From: an uncultured Candidatus Rokubacteria bacterium
GTDB taxonomy: Bacteria; Methylomirabilota; Methylomirabilia; Rokubacteriales; DASRDR01
Assembly: GCA_963708025.1 (NCBI GenBank)
Contig: CAVPSB010000015.1
Span: 288,001 to 352,000, forward strand
DNA length: 64,000 nt
Direction of reading: 5' to 3'
A program made the translations under genes and the position numbers. A model generated the notes under the pieces. The model saw only the letters and a list, made by a program, of their open reading frames with translations. It was not told the origin of the DNA and did no database searches. Every line of letters starts with the position of its first letter. Within the stretch, counting starts at the first letter, position 1. Positions 29,284 through 37,529 of the stretch are shown here, piece after piece.

Positions 29284-30477
29284 ATGGCCGAAGGGTTGGT
29301 CTTCCGGCTGGAGGAAGAGGACGAGCAGCTCGCGGCCAAGATCAAGGTCATCGGCCTCGGGGGCGGCGGTTCGAACGCGGTGAACCGGATGATCAGCTCC
29401 CGGTTCACGGGCGTCACCTTCGCCGTCGCGAACACCGACGCCCAGGCGCTCCGCACCTCCCCCGCCCCGATCAAGATTCAGCTCGGGGCGAAGGTGACCG
29501 GCGGACTCGGCGCCGGCTCGGATCCCGAGGTCGGACGCCGGGCGGCGACCGAGGACCGCGAGATCCTGCAGCGCACGCTCTCCGGCGCCGACATGGTCTT
29601 CATCACCGCCGGCATGGGCGGCGGCACCGGCACCGGCTCGGCGCCGGTGGTTGCGGCCCTCGCCAAGGAGCTGGGGGCGCTGACCGTTGCCGTCGTCACC
29701 AAGCCCTTCGCCTTCGAGGGGGGCCGCCGGACCCGGCAGGCGGAGGTCGGGATCCATGAGCTACGCGGGATCGTGGACACCCTGATCCAGATCCCCAACC
29801 AGCGCCTCCTCGCCGTGGTGGAGAAGGGGACCTCGCTCCAGGAGGCGTTCCGGGTCGCCGACTCGGTTCTCCAGCAGGCGGTGCAGGGCATCTCCGACCT
29901 CATCCTGGTCCCCGGTCTCATCAATCTGGACTTTGCCGACGTGCGCACGATCATGTCGGGGATGGGGCTGGCCCTCATGGGTGTGGGCGTCGGCCGCGGG
30001 GAGCACCGGGCGATCGACGCCGCCCAGAAGGCGATCGCCAGCCCGCTGCTGGAGGAGACGTCGATCGAGGGCGCCCGTGGGCTTCTGATCAACATCACCG
30101 GCGGCGGGGACCTCACCCTCCACGAGGTGAACGAGGCCGCCAGCACCGTGGCCGAGGCCGCCCACGAGGAGGCGAACATCATCGTGGGGGCGGTGGTCGA
30201 CGACACACTGGCCGAGGAGATCCGGGTGACGGTCATCGCGACCGGCTTCGAGGATCGGCGGGTGGGCCTGGCGGCGGCGCCGGCGACCGCCGCCGCGAGT
30301 GTCGCCACCGGTGCCGCGGCGGGGGGCGGACGGACGGTGGATCTCAAGGCCTTCCGGGGCGGCGAGCGGTCGGCTCCCTGGCGGCGGCCCCGGGTGGAGG
30401 GCGTGCGCGCGGACGGCGCGGACGGCTTCGCCGACGACCTCGACATCCCAGCCTTTCTCCGTCGCCAGGCCGACTGA
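29284..30477 (+). CDS. ftsZ: Cell division GTPase FtsZ
   Basis: [29 protein letters not shown]-terminal [13 protein letters not shown]. Confidence 0.99.
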   Translation: MAEGLVFRLEEEDEQLAAKIKVIGLGGGGSNAVNRMISSRFTGVTFAVANTDAQALRTSPAPIKIQLGAKVTGGLGAGSDPEVGRRAATEDREILQRTLSGADMVFITAGMGGGTGTGSAPVVAALAKELGALTVAVVTKPFAFEGGRRTRQAEVGIHELRGIVDTLIQIPNQRLLAVVEKGTSLQEAFRVADSVLQQAVQGISDLILVPGLINLDFADVRTIMSGMGLALMGVGVGRGEHRAIDAAQKAIASPLLEETSIEGARGLLINITGGGDLTLHEVNEAASTVAEAAHEEANIIVGAVVDDTLAEEIRVTVIATGFEDRRVGLAAAPATAAASVATGAAAGGGRTVDLKAFRGGERSAPWRRPRVEGVRADGADGFADDLDIPAFLRRQAD

Positions 30478-30496
30478 GAGGTTGAAAGATTCGGGT

Positions 30497-30623
30497 CCTC
30501 CGGCCCCCCCCTCCCCCCGGTGGCCGCCGGAAGGACGGGACGTCGTGAGGGCCGCAGGCCCGAGCCGTCCCGGCGATCCGGTTAAGTGGGAGGGGGGCTG
30601 GGGGGTGGGCGGGAGGTCCCGAA
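30497..30623. repeat. G/C-rich palindromic repeat (family 2, copy 2, with internal insertion)
   Basis: CCCCCCCTCCCCCC...GTGGGAGGGGGGCTGGGGG...GGGAGGTCCCGAA; ends at the pgeF ATG. Confidence 0.75.
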
Positions 30624-31375
30624 TGGTGGTGACCTTCCACGGCGATCCGGCGACCCACCTCACCCTCGAGCCGCTCGAGGCGGCGGGCATCCGGCACGCC
30701 TTCACGACGCGCCACCACGGCAACTTCGCCGCGGCGCCGGCCGGTCGCCCCTTCGCCGAGCCGGGCCCGGCGCTGCGGTCACTCCAGATCGAGGGGAGCG
30801 CCGTCCGCTACGCCCGCCAGGTCCATGGCACCGAGTGCCTGCCGACCGACGGCCGGCCGCCGGGTCTCGTGGGTGAGGGCGACGCCATCGTCACCGGCAC
30901 GCCCCGGACCCCGCTGGCGATCTTCACCGCGGATTGCCTGGCGGTCGTGCTGGCGGATCCGGCACGGCGCGCTCTCGGCGTGGCCCACGCGGGGTGGCGC
31001 GGCACGGTCGGCGGGCTGCTCGGCCGGCTCGTGGAGGCACTGGTCGAGCGCCTCGGCGCCCGGCCGAGCGACCTGGTGGCCGCCATCGGGCCGTCCATCG
31101 GCCCGTGCTGCTACGAGGTGGACGAGCCGGTCGTCGGGCCCTTGAGGGCGGCCTTTGCCGACGACTGGGAGCGCTGGGCCCGGCCCCGCGGGCCGGGTAA
31201 GTGGTCGCTCGACCTCTGGCAGGCGAACGCGGACCAGCTCGTTTCGGCCGGCGTGCCCCGCGCGGCGATCGCCAATCCCCGGCTGTGCACCGCCTGCCGG
31301 CTGGATCTCTTCTTCTCATACCGCAAGGAGGGTCGTGGGCGGAGCCTGGTGACCCTCGCCCTCCTTGCCGGATGA
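30623..31375 (+). CDS. pgeF: PgeF/YfiH family protein
   Basis: HAFTTR, QVHG, TADC, HAGWRG, IGPSIGPCCYEV, FFSYR. Confidence 0.95.
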   Translation: MVVTFHGDPATHLTLEPLEAAGIRHAFTTRHHGNFAAAPAGRPFAEPGPALRSLQIEGSAVRYARQVHGTECLPTDGRPPGLVGEGDAIVTGTPRTPLAIFTADCLAVVLADPARRALGVAHAGWRGTVGGLLGRLVEALVERLGARPSDLVAAIGPSIGPCCYEVDEPVVGPLRAAFADDWERWARPRGPGKWSLDLWQANADQLVSAGVPRAAIANPRLCTACRLDLFFSYRKEGRGRSLVTLALLAG

Positions 31376-31396
31376 CCCACCGCCGGCCGGAATCCC

Positions 31397-31426
31397 TTGG
31401 CGCGTCTCCGAGTGAACGGCTACAAT
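31397..31426 (+). promoter_or_regulatory. Putative internal promoter giving a nearly leaderless yggS mRNA
   Basis: TTGGCG, 18 bp spacer, TACAAT ending 12 nt before the ATG; no obvious SD. Confidence 0.5.
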
Positions 31427-31438
31427 ACACCGGTATCG

Positions 31439-32143
31439 ATGAGTGATGGGGGTCGGGACGAGGTCGGCGCCAACCTGGCGCGGGTCAGGGATCGCATCAC
31501 GCGGGCGACCGAGCGCGCCGGCCGGTCCGGGACCGGAGTCCTCCTCGTCGCCGTGTCCAAGACGGTGACCGTCGAGCGGATCCGGGCGGCCATCGCGGCC
31601 GGGGTCCCCGCGCTCGGCGAGAACCGCGTGCAGGAGGCCAGGGAAAAGGTCGCGGCGATCGGGCGCCCGGTCCCCTGGCACCTCATCGGCTCGCTCCAGA
31701 CGAACAAGGTCAAGGACGCCCTCCTCTGCTTCGACCTGATCCAGTCCATCGACCGGCTGCCGCTGGCCGAGGCCCTCTCGGCCCGCGCGACGCGAGAGGG
31801 GCGCCAGGTCGAAGGCCTGGTCCAGGTCAACGTCGCGGAGGAGCCCCAGAAGGGTGGCCTGTCACCCGCCGACCTCCGTCCGGCGCTCGAGGCGATGGCG
31901 GCCCTGCCCGGCCTCGTGCTGCGCGGGCTGATGACGATCCCGCCCCTCCCGCGTGACCCCGAGGAGTCGCGGCCGCACTACCGTGCGATGCGGAAGCTCC
32001 TCGACGAGGCGCAGGGCTGGGGGCTGGGCCCCGGCTTTCGGGAGCTGTCGATGGGCATGAGCGGAGACTTCGAGGTCGCGGTCGAGGAGGGTGCGACCAT
32101 GGTCCGGGTCGGGACGGCGATCTTCGGGGCCCGGGGACACTGA
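31439..32143 (+). CDS. yggS: PLP homeostasis protein YggS
   Basis: LVAVSKT, GENRVQE, WHLIGSLQTNK, LSMGMSGDF, VRVGTAIFGAR. Confidence 0.97.
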   Translation: MSDGGRDEVGANLARVRDRITRATERAGRSGTGVLLVAVSKTVTVERIRAAIAAGVPALGENRVQEAREKVAAIGRPVPWHLIGSLQTNKVKDALLCFDLIQSIDRLPLAEALSARATREGRQVEGLVQVNVAEEPQKGGLSPADLRPALEAMAALPGLVLRGLMTIPPLPRDPEESRPHYRAMRKLLDEAQGWGLGPGFRELSMGMSGDFEVAVEEGATMVRVGTAIFGARGH

Positions 32144-32145
32144 CC

Positions 32146-32970
32146 GTGTCGGCCAAGGGCAAGAAGATCGGCTTCCTCGGCGGGGGCAACATGGGCGAGG
32201 CCCTGATCCGGGGCCTCGCCAAGACGGGCCTCATCCCGCCCGATCACCTCTTCGTCACCGACGTCCGCCTGGAGCGCCTCGAGGAGCTGGGACGCCGCTA
32301 CGGGCTGCACACCCTCTCGGACAACACGCTGCTCGTGCGGCGCGTGGACGTCGTGATCCTGGCCGTCAAGCCCCAGATCCTCGCGAGCGTCCTCCGGGAG
32401 GTCGCCGCGGCGGTCCCGGGCCGGCTGATGATCTCGATCGCCGCCGGGGTGTCAACGGCGTCGATCCGGAGTCACCTGCCCCCCGGGGTCCGCCTCATCC
32501 GGACCATGCCGAACACCCCGGCCCTCGTGCTCGAAGCCGCCACCGCCATCGCCCGGGCCGACGGGCTGGAGCCGGGCGACCTCGAGACGGCGCAGGAGAT
32601 CTTCTCGGCGGTGGGCAAGGTCGTCGTGCTGGAGGAAGAGCTGATGGACGCGGTGACCGGGCTTTCCGGCTCCGGCCCCGCGTACCTCGCCCTCATCGTC
32701 GAGGCGCTCGCCGACGGCGGCGTCCGGGTTGGGCTGGACCGGCAGACCGCGATGACGCTGGCCACGCAGACCGTGCTCGGCTCGGCCCGGCTCCTCATCG
32801 AGACCGGCACCCACCCGGGCCAGCTCAAGGACATGGTGACGTCGCCCGGCGGGACGGCCATCGCCGGGATCCACACCCTCGAGTCGGGCGGCCTCCGGCG
32901 CACGCTGATCGACGCGGTGGAGCGCGCGACCCAGCGGTCGCGGGAGCTGGGCCGCGGGGAGTCGAAATAG
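32146..32970 (+). CDS. proC: Pyrroline-5-carboxylate reductase
   Basis: GFLGGGNMG, AVKPQ, RTMPNTP, TGLSGSGPAY, VTSPGGT. Confidence 0.97.
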   Translation: MSAKGKKIGFLGGGNMGEALIRGLAKTGLIPPDHLFVTDVRLERLEELGRRYGLHTLSDNTLLVRRVDVVILAVKPQILASVLREVAAAVPGRLMISIAAGVSTASIRSHLPPGVRLIRTMPNTPALVLEAATAIARADGLEPGDLETAQEIFSAVGKVVVLEEELMDAVTGLSGSGPAYLALIVEALADGGVRVGLDRQTAMTLATQTVLGSARLLIETGTHPGQLKDMVTSPGGTAIAGIHTLESGGLRRTLIDAVERATQRSRELGRGESK

Positions 32971-32974
32971 CCCG

Positions 32975-33268
32975 ATGTTCGTGGCGGGGCAGCTCCTGTA
33001 CGCGGTGGCGATGGTGGTGCGCTACGTTCTCGAAGCCTACATGTGGATCATCATCATCCGGGCCCTCATCTCGTGGGTCAACGCCGACCCCTGGAATCCG
33101 ATCGTGCGATTCCTCCACCAGGTCACGGAGCCGGTGCTCCGGCCCATCCGCCGGATGCTCCCCGCGACGCCGATCGACTTCTCGCCCGTCATCGCCATCT
33201 TGGGCATCTATTTCCTCCAGATGTTCCTGGTTCCGGTTCTCTTGAGGGCCGCCGCTCGGCTCGACTGA
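32975..33268 (+). CDS. yggT: YggT family membrane protein
   Basis: ISWVNADPWNPIVRFLHQVTEPVLRPIRR...IDFSP. Confidence 0.95.
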   Translation: MFVAGQLLYAVAMVVRYVLEAYMWIIIIRALISWVNADPWNPIVRFLHQVTEPVLRPIRRMLPATPIDFSPVIAILGIYFLQMFLVPVLLRAAARLD

Positions 33269-33295
33269 AACGCCGGCGGCTGAGGAGGTCAGGGT

Positions 33296-33751
33296 ATGCG
33301 ACTGTCGGCCATGGACATCCGGCAGCAGCAGTTCGCGGTCAAGCTGATCCGGGGGTTCGATCCCCAGGAGGTCGACGCGTTCCTCGAAGAGGTCGCCGAC
33401 GATTGGGAGGAGCTCCACAAGGAGAACAATCTCCTCAAGGAGCAGCTCACCACCCTCGAAGATCAGAAGAAAATCAGCGACGAGCACGCCACCAGCCTCC
33501 AGCAGACGCTCGTCGTCGCGCAGAAGATGGCCGAGGAGTTCCGCGAGAGCTCCAAGCGGGCGGCCGAGATCGTCCTCCGGGAGGCGCAGCTCCAGGCCGA
33601 GAAGCTCCTCGAGGAGAAGCGCCAGGAGCTGAACAAGCTGACCCTGGACATCGACGGGCTCAAGCAGGCGAAGCGCCAGCTGGCGGAGGAGCTGCTGTCG
33701 ACCCTCCGGATGCACCAGCGCCTAGTCGAGCAGAAGCTCGCGGATGCATAG
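33296..33751 (+). CDS. divIVA: DivIVA domain protein
   Basis: LSAMDIRQQQF...RGFDPQEVDAFL followed by coiled coil. Confidence 0.93.
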   Translation: MRLSAMDIRQQQFAVKLIRGFDPQEVDAFLEEVADDWEELHKENNLLKEQLTTLEDQKKISDEHATSLQQTLVVAQKMAEEFRESSKRAAEIVLREAQLQAEKLLEEKRQELNKLTLDIDGLKQAKRQLAEELLSTLRMHQRLVEQKLADA

Positions 33752-33954
33752 GGGGGCGGGGCCGATGAGCGTCGCAACGTTCATCTCGGTCGGGACGCGC
33801 TCGGCCTGCGTCGATCGGACGGCCTTCGGCCTGGGGGCGTCCGTCCCGACCTATGGTCGTCCTCGGTCGTCGCCGATCCTCGGCGTACTCGGAGTACGCC
33901 TGCGGTCGGCGACTCCCTGCGTCCTAGCGCTGCTCGCTCCTCGGCCCCGCCCCC
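33752..33954 (+). repeat. Structured dispersed repeat family 1, copy D (partial further copy at 33981-34022)
   Basis: 14-bp terminal inverted repeat GGGGGCGGGGCCGA / TCGGCCCCGCCCCC; all internal blocks present. Confidence 0.93.
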
Positions 33955-34053
33955 GCGCGCTTGTCGCATCAGCCATGGCCGGGCGGGGCCGTTGAGCGTC
34001 GCATCGCGTCGTCGTTCGGACGACCTCCCGGTAGCGCCTCGGAGGGGGCCCCA

Positions 34054-34434
34054 TTGATCGGAAGGGGGGCACCCTCCGAAGCTCCTCGGAGGGCGGCGAC
34101 GGCGAAGCCGCCGCGCGGCGCGGCCTCAGGCGCCCGCTCAGCCCGACAGGCTCCCGGCGAGAAGGAGACGCGGCTGACCGTGCAGGTTCAGCCCCGCGCC
34201 TCCCGCAACGGGATCGTCGCCGTGGACGGAACCGTGCTGCGGGTCCGCGTGACGGCCCCGCCGGCGGACGGCGCCGCGAACCAGGCAGTGCGCGATCTCC
34301 TGGCCGATGCCCTCGGGTGCCCGCGCTCCGCCGTGACGATCCTGCGCGGCCACGGCGCCCGCACGAAGCTGGTGGGGGTCACCGGGCTCGCGCCCGGCGA
34401 GCTCCTGTCCCGGCTCATGGCGGTCGCGCCCTGA
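34054..34434 (+). CDS. yggU: DUF167 (YggU) family protein, start uncertain
   Basis: LTVQVQPRASR...LRVRVTAPPADGAAN...GHGARTK; TTG 34054 preceded by GGAGG. Confidence 0.85.
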   Translation: MIGRGAPSEAPRRAATAKPPRGAASGARSARQAPGEKETRLTVQVQPRASRNGIVAVDGTVLRVRVTAPPADGAANQAVRDLLADALGCPRSAVTILRGHGARTKLVGVTGLAPGELLSRLMAVAP

Positions 34435-34436
34435 CC

Positions 34437-35468
34437 GTGGTGTCGAAGCTCGCCTTCACCACCGTCGCCTGGCTGGGCGACCGGCTCCTCCTCCTCGACC
34501 AGCGCCGCCTTCCCACCGACGAGGTCTTCATCGAGTGTCGCGCGTGGGAGGAGGTGGCGGAGGCGATCCGGTCGCTCGCCGTGCGGGGCGCGCCGGCCAT
34601 CGGGGTGACCGCCGCCTTCGGCGTGGCGCTGGCCGGCCTGGCCAGCAAGGCGGCCACGTTCGAGGATCTGCTGGCCGACCTCGAGGTCGCCCTCCAGGGC
34701 CTGGCCGGGACCCGGCCGACCGCGGTGAATCTCTTCTGGGCCCTCGACCGGATGCGCCGGCGCGCGCTCGACCAAGCCCCCCGGCCGGTCGCCGAGATCC
34801 GGGGGAGCCTCGTGGCGGAGGCCGAGACCATCCTGGAGGAAGACATCGCCGGCAACCGCCGGCTCGGGGCCCACGGGGCCGAGCTGGTGCCCGACCGGGC
34901 GCGGATCCTGACCCACTGCAACGCCGGCGGCCTGGCGACCGCCGGCTACGGGACCGCGCTCGGCGTGGTCCGGGGCGCGGTCGAGGCCGGCAAGCGGCCG
35001 TTCGTGTGGGTGGACGAGACCCGCCCGGTGCTCCAGGGCGCGCGGCTCACCGCCTGGGAGCTTTCCAAGGAAGGGATCCCCCACACGGTGATCGCCGACG
35101 CGGCGGCCGCGTCGATGATGGCCCGCGGGGAGGTGGATCTCGTCGTGGTCGGCGCCGACCGGATCGCCGCCAACGGGGACACCGCCAACAAGATCGGGAC
35201 CTACGGCCTGGCGGTGCTCGCCCAGGCTCACCGGCTGCCCTTCTACGTGGCCGCGCCCTTCTCCACCATCGATCCCGCGCTCCCCGACGGCACGGCGATC
35301 CCGATCGAGGAGCGCGACGCCCGCGAGGTGCAGGAGCTGGCCGGCCACCGCATCGTGCCGGCCGGCTCGCCGGCCCGCAACCCGGCCTTCGACGTCACCC
35401 CGGCCGGGCTCATCACCGCCATCATCACCGAGCGCGGCGTCTTCCGCCCGCCCTACCACTTCGGCTAG
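34437..35468 (+). CDS. mtnA: S-methyl-5-thioribose-1-phosphate isomerase
   Basis: LLDQRRLP, VRGAPAIG, RPTAVNL, THCNAG, ETRPVLQGARLT, GDTANKIGT, NPAFDVTP. Confidence 0.97.
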   Translation: MVSKLAFTTVAWLGDRLLLLDQRRLPTDEVFIECRAWEEVAEAIRSLAVRGAPAIGVTAAFGVALAGLASKAATFEDLLADLEVALQGLAGTRPTAVNLFWALDRMRRRALDQAPRPVAEIRGSLVAEAETILEEDIAGNRRLGAHGAELVPDRARILTHCNAGGLATAGYGTALGVVRGAVEAGKRPFVWVDETRPVLQGARLTAWELSKEGIPHTVIADAAAASMMARGEVDLVVVGADRIAANGDTANKIGTYGLAVLAQAHRLPFYVAAPFSTIDPALPDGTAIPIEERDAREVQELAGHRIVPAGSPARNPAFDVTPAGLITAIITERGVFRPPYHFG

Positions 35469-35553
35469 AGAGCGCCACCTGGTTGGCTAGCAAGGCAACC
35501 GCCCGTGAGATCAAGCGGTTCGGCGACATTTTCCTTGAAGAGCAGAGGTTGCT

Positions 35554-36231
35554 ATGACTTTGCCGTTCAAGATTGCTCAGGGTGACTTGGCGTTCCAGGC
35601 GGAATTCTCTGAGCCAGCCTTTGATCTTCTAAGAGATCCGACAGCGCTTCATCAGCGTGTCTTTTCGCAGTTGGCTCGTCACGGATTGACACTCGCCGAT
35701 ATGAAGATCGAGACAGGTAGCGGCGCTTTTGGCGATTTCCAGCTTAGCTGCTCCTTGCTCCATCTCACAACGTCTGTTCGCATTCGTCTCGACAAAGTAG
35801 AGATCCATTGTCTCGACCTCAAGCGGGTTTCAGCGAAGCAGATCGAGGAGATTGGATTGGCATCAATCGAGGCACCGACAGTTCAGGAGAGACAGCTTTC
35901 ATACAAGACATATTCAATGGCTGTGGCTGTTCACGGGTCTCTGGTTGGTTCCACGCCCAAAGATTTCTTAGCCAGATTTGCCACAGGAGCTCCCGGGCAA
36001 GTTGGGCCGCTGGTTGGATCCGGAAGTGTATTCTACTATGGTCCTGCAGGCGAACAGGTCGCTGCGTCAGTTACTGTGGATCTGTCGGCGATACTGCAGC
36101 CTGGTCTATTTGTCAGAACGCACGTAGTCTGGGATGCTGGTAAGATAGCTGTTGCTGCACTCTCTGAGTTCGCGGCCAAGCATGTACAGAACGTCTTTTC
36201 GCAACTCGGAATAGCCGTAGAAAAAGGCTAG
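35554..36231 (+). CDS. Hypothetical protein (low-GC cassette gene 1)
   Basis: 225-aa ORF, SD GAGG, AT-richer codon usage than the flanks. Confidence 0.7.
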   Translation: MTLPFKIAQGDLAFQAEFSEPAFDLLRDPTALHQRVFSQLARHGLTLADMKIETGSGAFGDFQLSCSLLHLTTSVRIRLDKVEIHCLDLKRVSAKQIEEIGLASIEAPTVQERQLSYKTYSMAVAVHGSLVGSTPKDFLARFATGAPGQVGPLVGSGSVFYYGPAGEQVAASVTVDLSAILQPGLFVRTHVVWDAGKIAVAALSEFAAKHVQNVFSQLGIAVEKG

Positions 36232-36232
36232 C

Positions 36233-36940
36233 GTGGCATCCGTGGCCATCCTTCCAGTCGTGGGCGCGCTGAATACCTCGGCAGTGCCCGATCGTGCCAC
36301 AAGCATGTCGCAGTCGTTCCTTCGCCGGAGACATCTAAGTGAACTAGGCGAGGGGGGAGCCGGCAGACGTGAGCTGAACCTTCGCCACGTGGGCCTTCAG
36401 AGACACTCCGTCCTTCTCGGTGAGCATTCAAACTTCGGCTTCGGCCAAGATGTGCGGACTGACCAATCGTTTCTGGATCTCCGTATCGATCCAGAACTCT
36501 TGAAGCTCGGCTTGCGCGCTAGATCACGGGCCAGAATCCTTCGTGCCCGGCGCGCTCCTCTAGCTGACGTGGTGAGCGAGAAACCAATTGGAACTACGCT
36601 CCCATACTCCTCACTGCTCAAGACCTTGATCGATGAGGAGCACATTGATGCTGCGCGCCGCTTACTCTCTGTAGCCCTCAGCGAGATCCCACATGATGTG
36701 CATCTCTTGGCTCTTGCCAGCCTTCTCGGAAGGCCGGCCATCACAAAGACCCAGGCCTCGGATGTCAACCGAAGCCGCGAGTTCCGATGGCTTCGTACGC
36801 AGGCGTCGGCCTATCGCGGCAAGTGGGTAGCCGTGGACGGGGACACGTTAGTCGCCGAAGCAGACTCGTTGCGCGAGTTGCTCGAGACGTTAAGGACGTC
36901 AAAGAGGTCGAGACCACCGCTCGTGCATCGAGTCCAATAG
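36233..36940 (+). CDS. Protein with C-terminal DUF5678-like domain (cassette gene 2)
   Basis: REFRWLRTQASAYRGKWVAVDGDTLVAEADSLRELL, preceded by a helical hairpin. Confidence 0.75.
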   Translation: MASVAILPVVGALNTSAVPDRATSMSQSFLRRRHLSELGEGGAGRRELNLRHVGLQRHSVLLGEHSNFGFGQDVRTDQSFLDLRIDPELLKLGLRARSRARILRARRAPLADVVSEKPIGTTLPYSSLLKTLIDEEHIDAARRLLSVALSEIPHDVHLLALASLLGRPAITKTQASDVNRSREFRWLRTQASAYRGKWVAVDGDTLVAEADSLRELLETLRTSKRSRPPLVHRVQ

Positions 36941-36944
36941 CGCA

Positions 36945-37400
36945 ATGCTGATGCTTGATGATCAGGTCTTTACCGTTGGTCGTTCGAAGTTTGCCGATCA
37001 AGCAACCGAAGGCGGTGAGCCGACCGCCAAGATCTATGTGAAGATCGCCCCAGGAGACCTCGGTGTACCGGTGTTGGCTCAGTTGGACACAGGCTCGCCG
37101 TGGAGCGTACTAGAGCCGGAAATCGCCGAAGCTCTCGGTGTTCTGGGAGGGCCCGGGGAACCCAAGACGCTTCTCACGAAGGATGGACTCCAGGCTGGTC
37201 GGCTTGTACAGGTACCGATGACTTTGCTCGCCGACGAGGGCCAAGGACAGTCATTGCAAATGGAAGCCACTGTATTCGTGTCTCCTGCTTGGCCACAGGG
37301 AAGAAGCTTTCTGGGGTATTCGGGACTGCTCGAGTTCATACGTTTCGCAGTCGATGCACAGGCTAACTACTTCTACTTCGGACCTTCGCAGTCATCGTAG
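36945..37400 (+). CDS. Retropepsin-like aspartyl protease (cassette gene 3)
   Basis: Single LDTGS catalytic motif; C-terminal FLGYSGLL resembling the retropepsin hydrophobic-hydrophobic-Gly strand. Confidence 0.8.
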   Translation: MLMLDDQVFTVGRSKFADQATEGGEPTAKIYVKIAPGDLGVPVLAQLDTGSPWSVLEPEIAEALGVLGGPGEPKTLLTKDGLQAGRLVQVPMTLLADEGQGQSLQMEATVFVSPAWPQGRSFLGYSGLLEFIRFAVDAQANYFYFGPSQSS

Positions 37401-37430
37401 TCGCTGCCCGATAGCCTGACAGGAGCTCTC

Positions 37431-37459
37431 TTGACGGGGTCCAGGGCCCCGTCTACAGT
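37431..37459 (+). promoter_or_regulatory. Putative sigma70 promoter of the aminotransferase-serA operon, with an internal inverted repeat
   Basis: TTGACG, 17 bp spacer, TACAGT; GACGGGG-N7-CCCCGTC covers the spacer. Confidence 0.65.
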
Positions 37460-37529
37460 AGTGCTACCGTGAAAGTCCCCCCACATCTAGCGGTGCTCAT
37501 GGTTGATTGGTCGTGAAAGGAGCGGCCGG

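Noticed and set aside
35469-37430. IS element or prophage at the low-GC cassette
   Set aside because: No transposase or integrase, and no flanking direct or inverted repeats found by eye.
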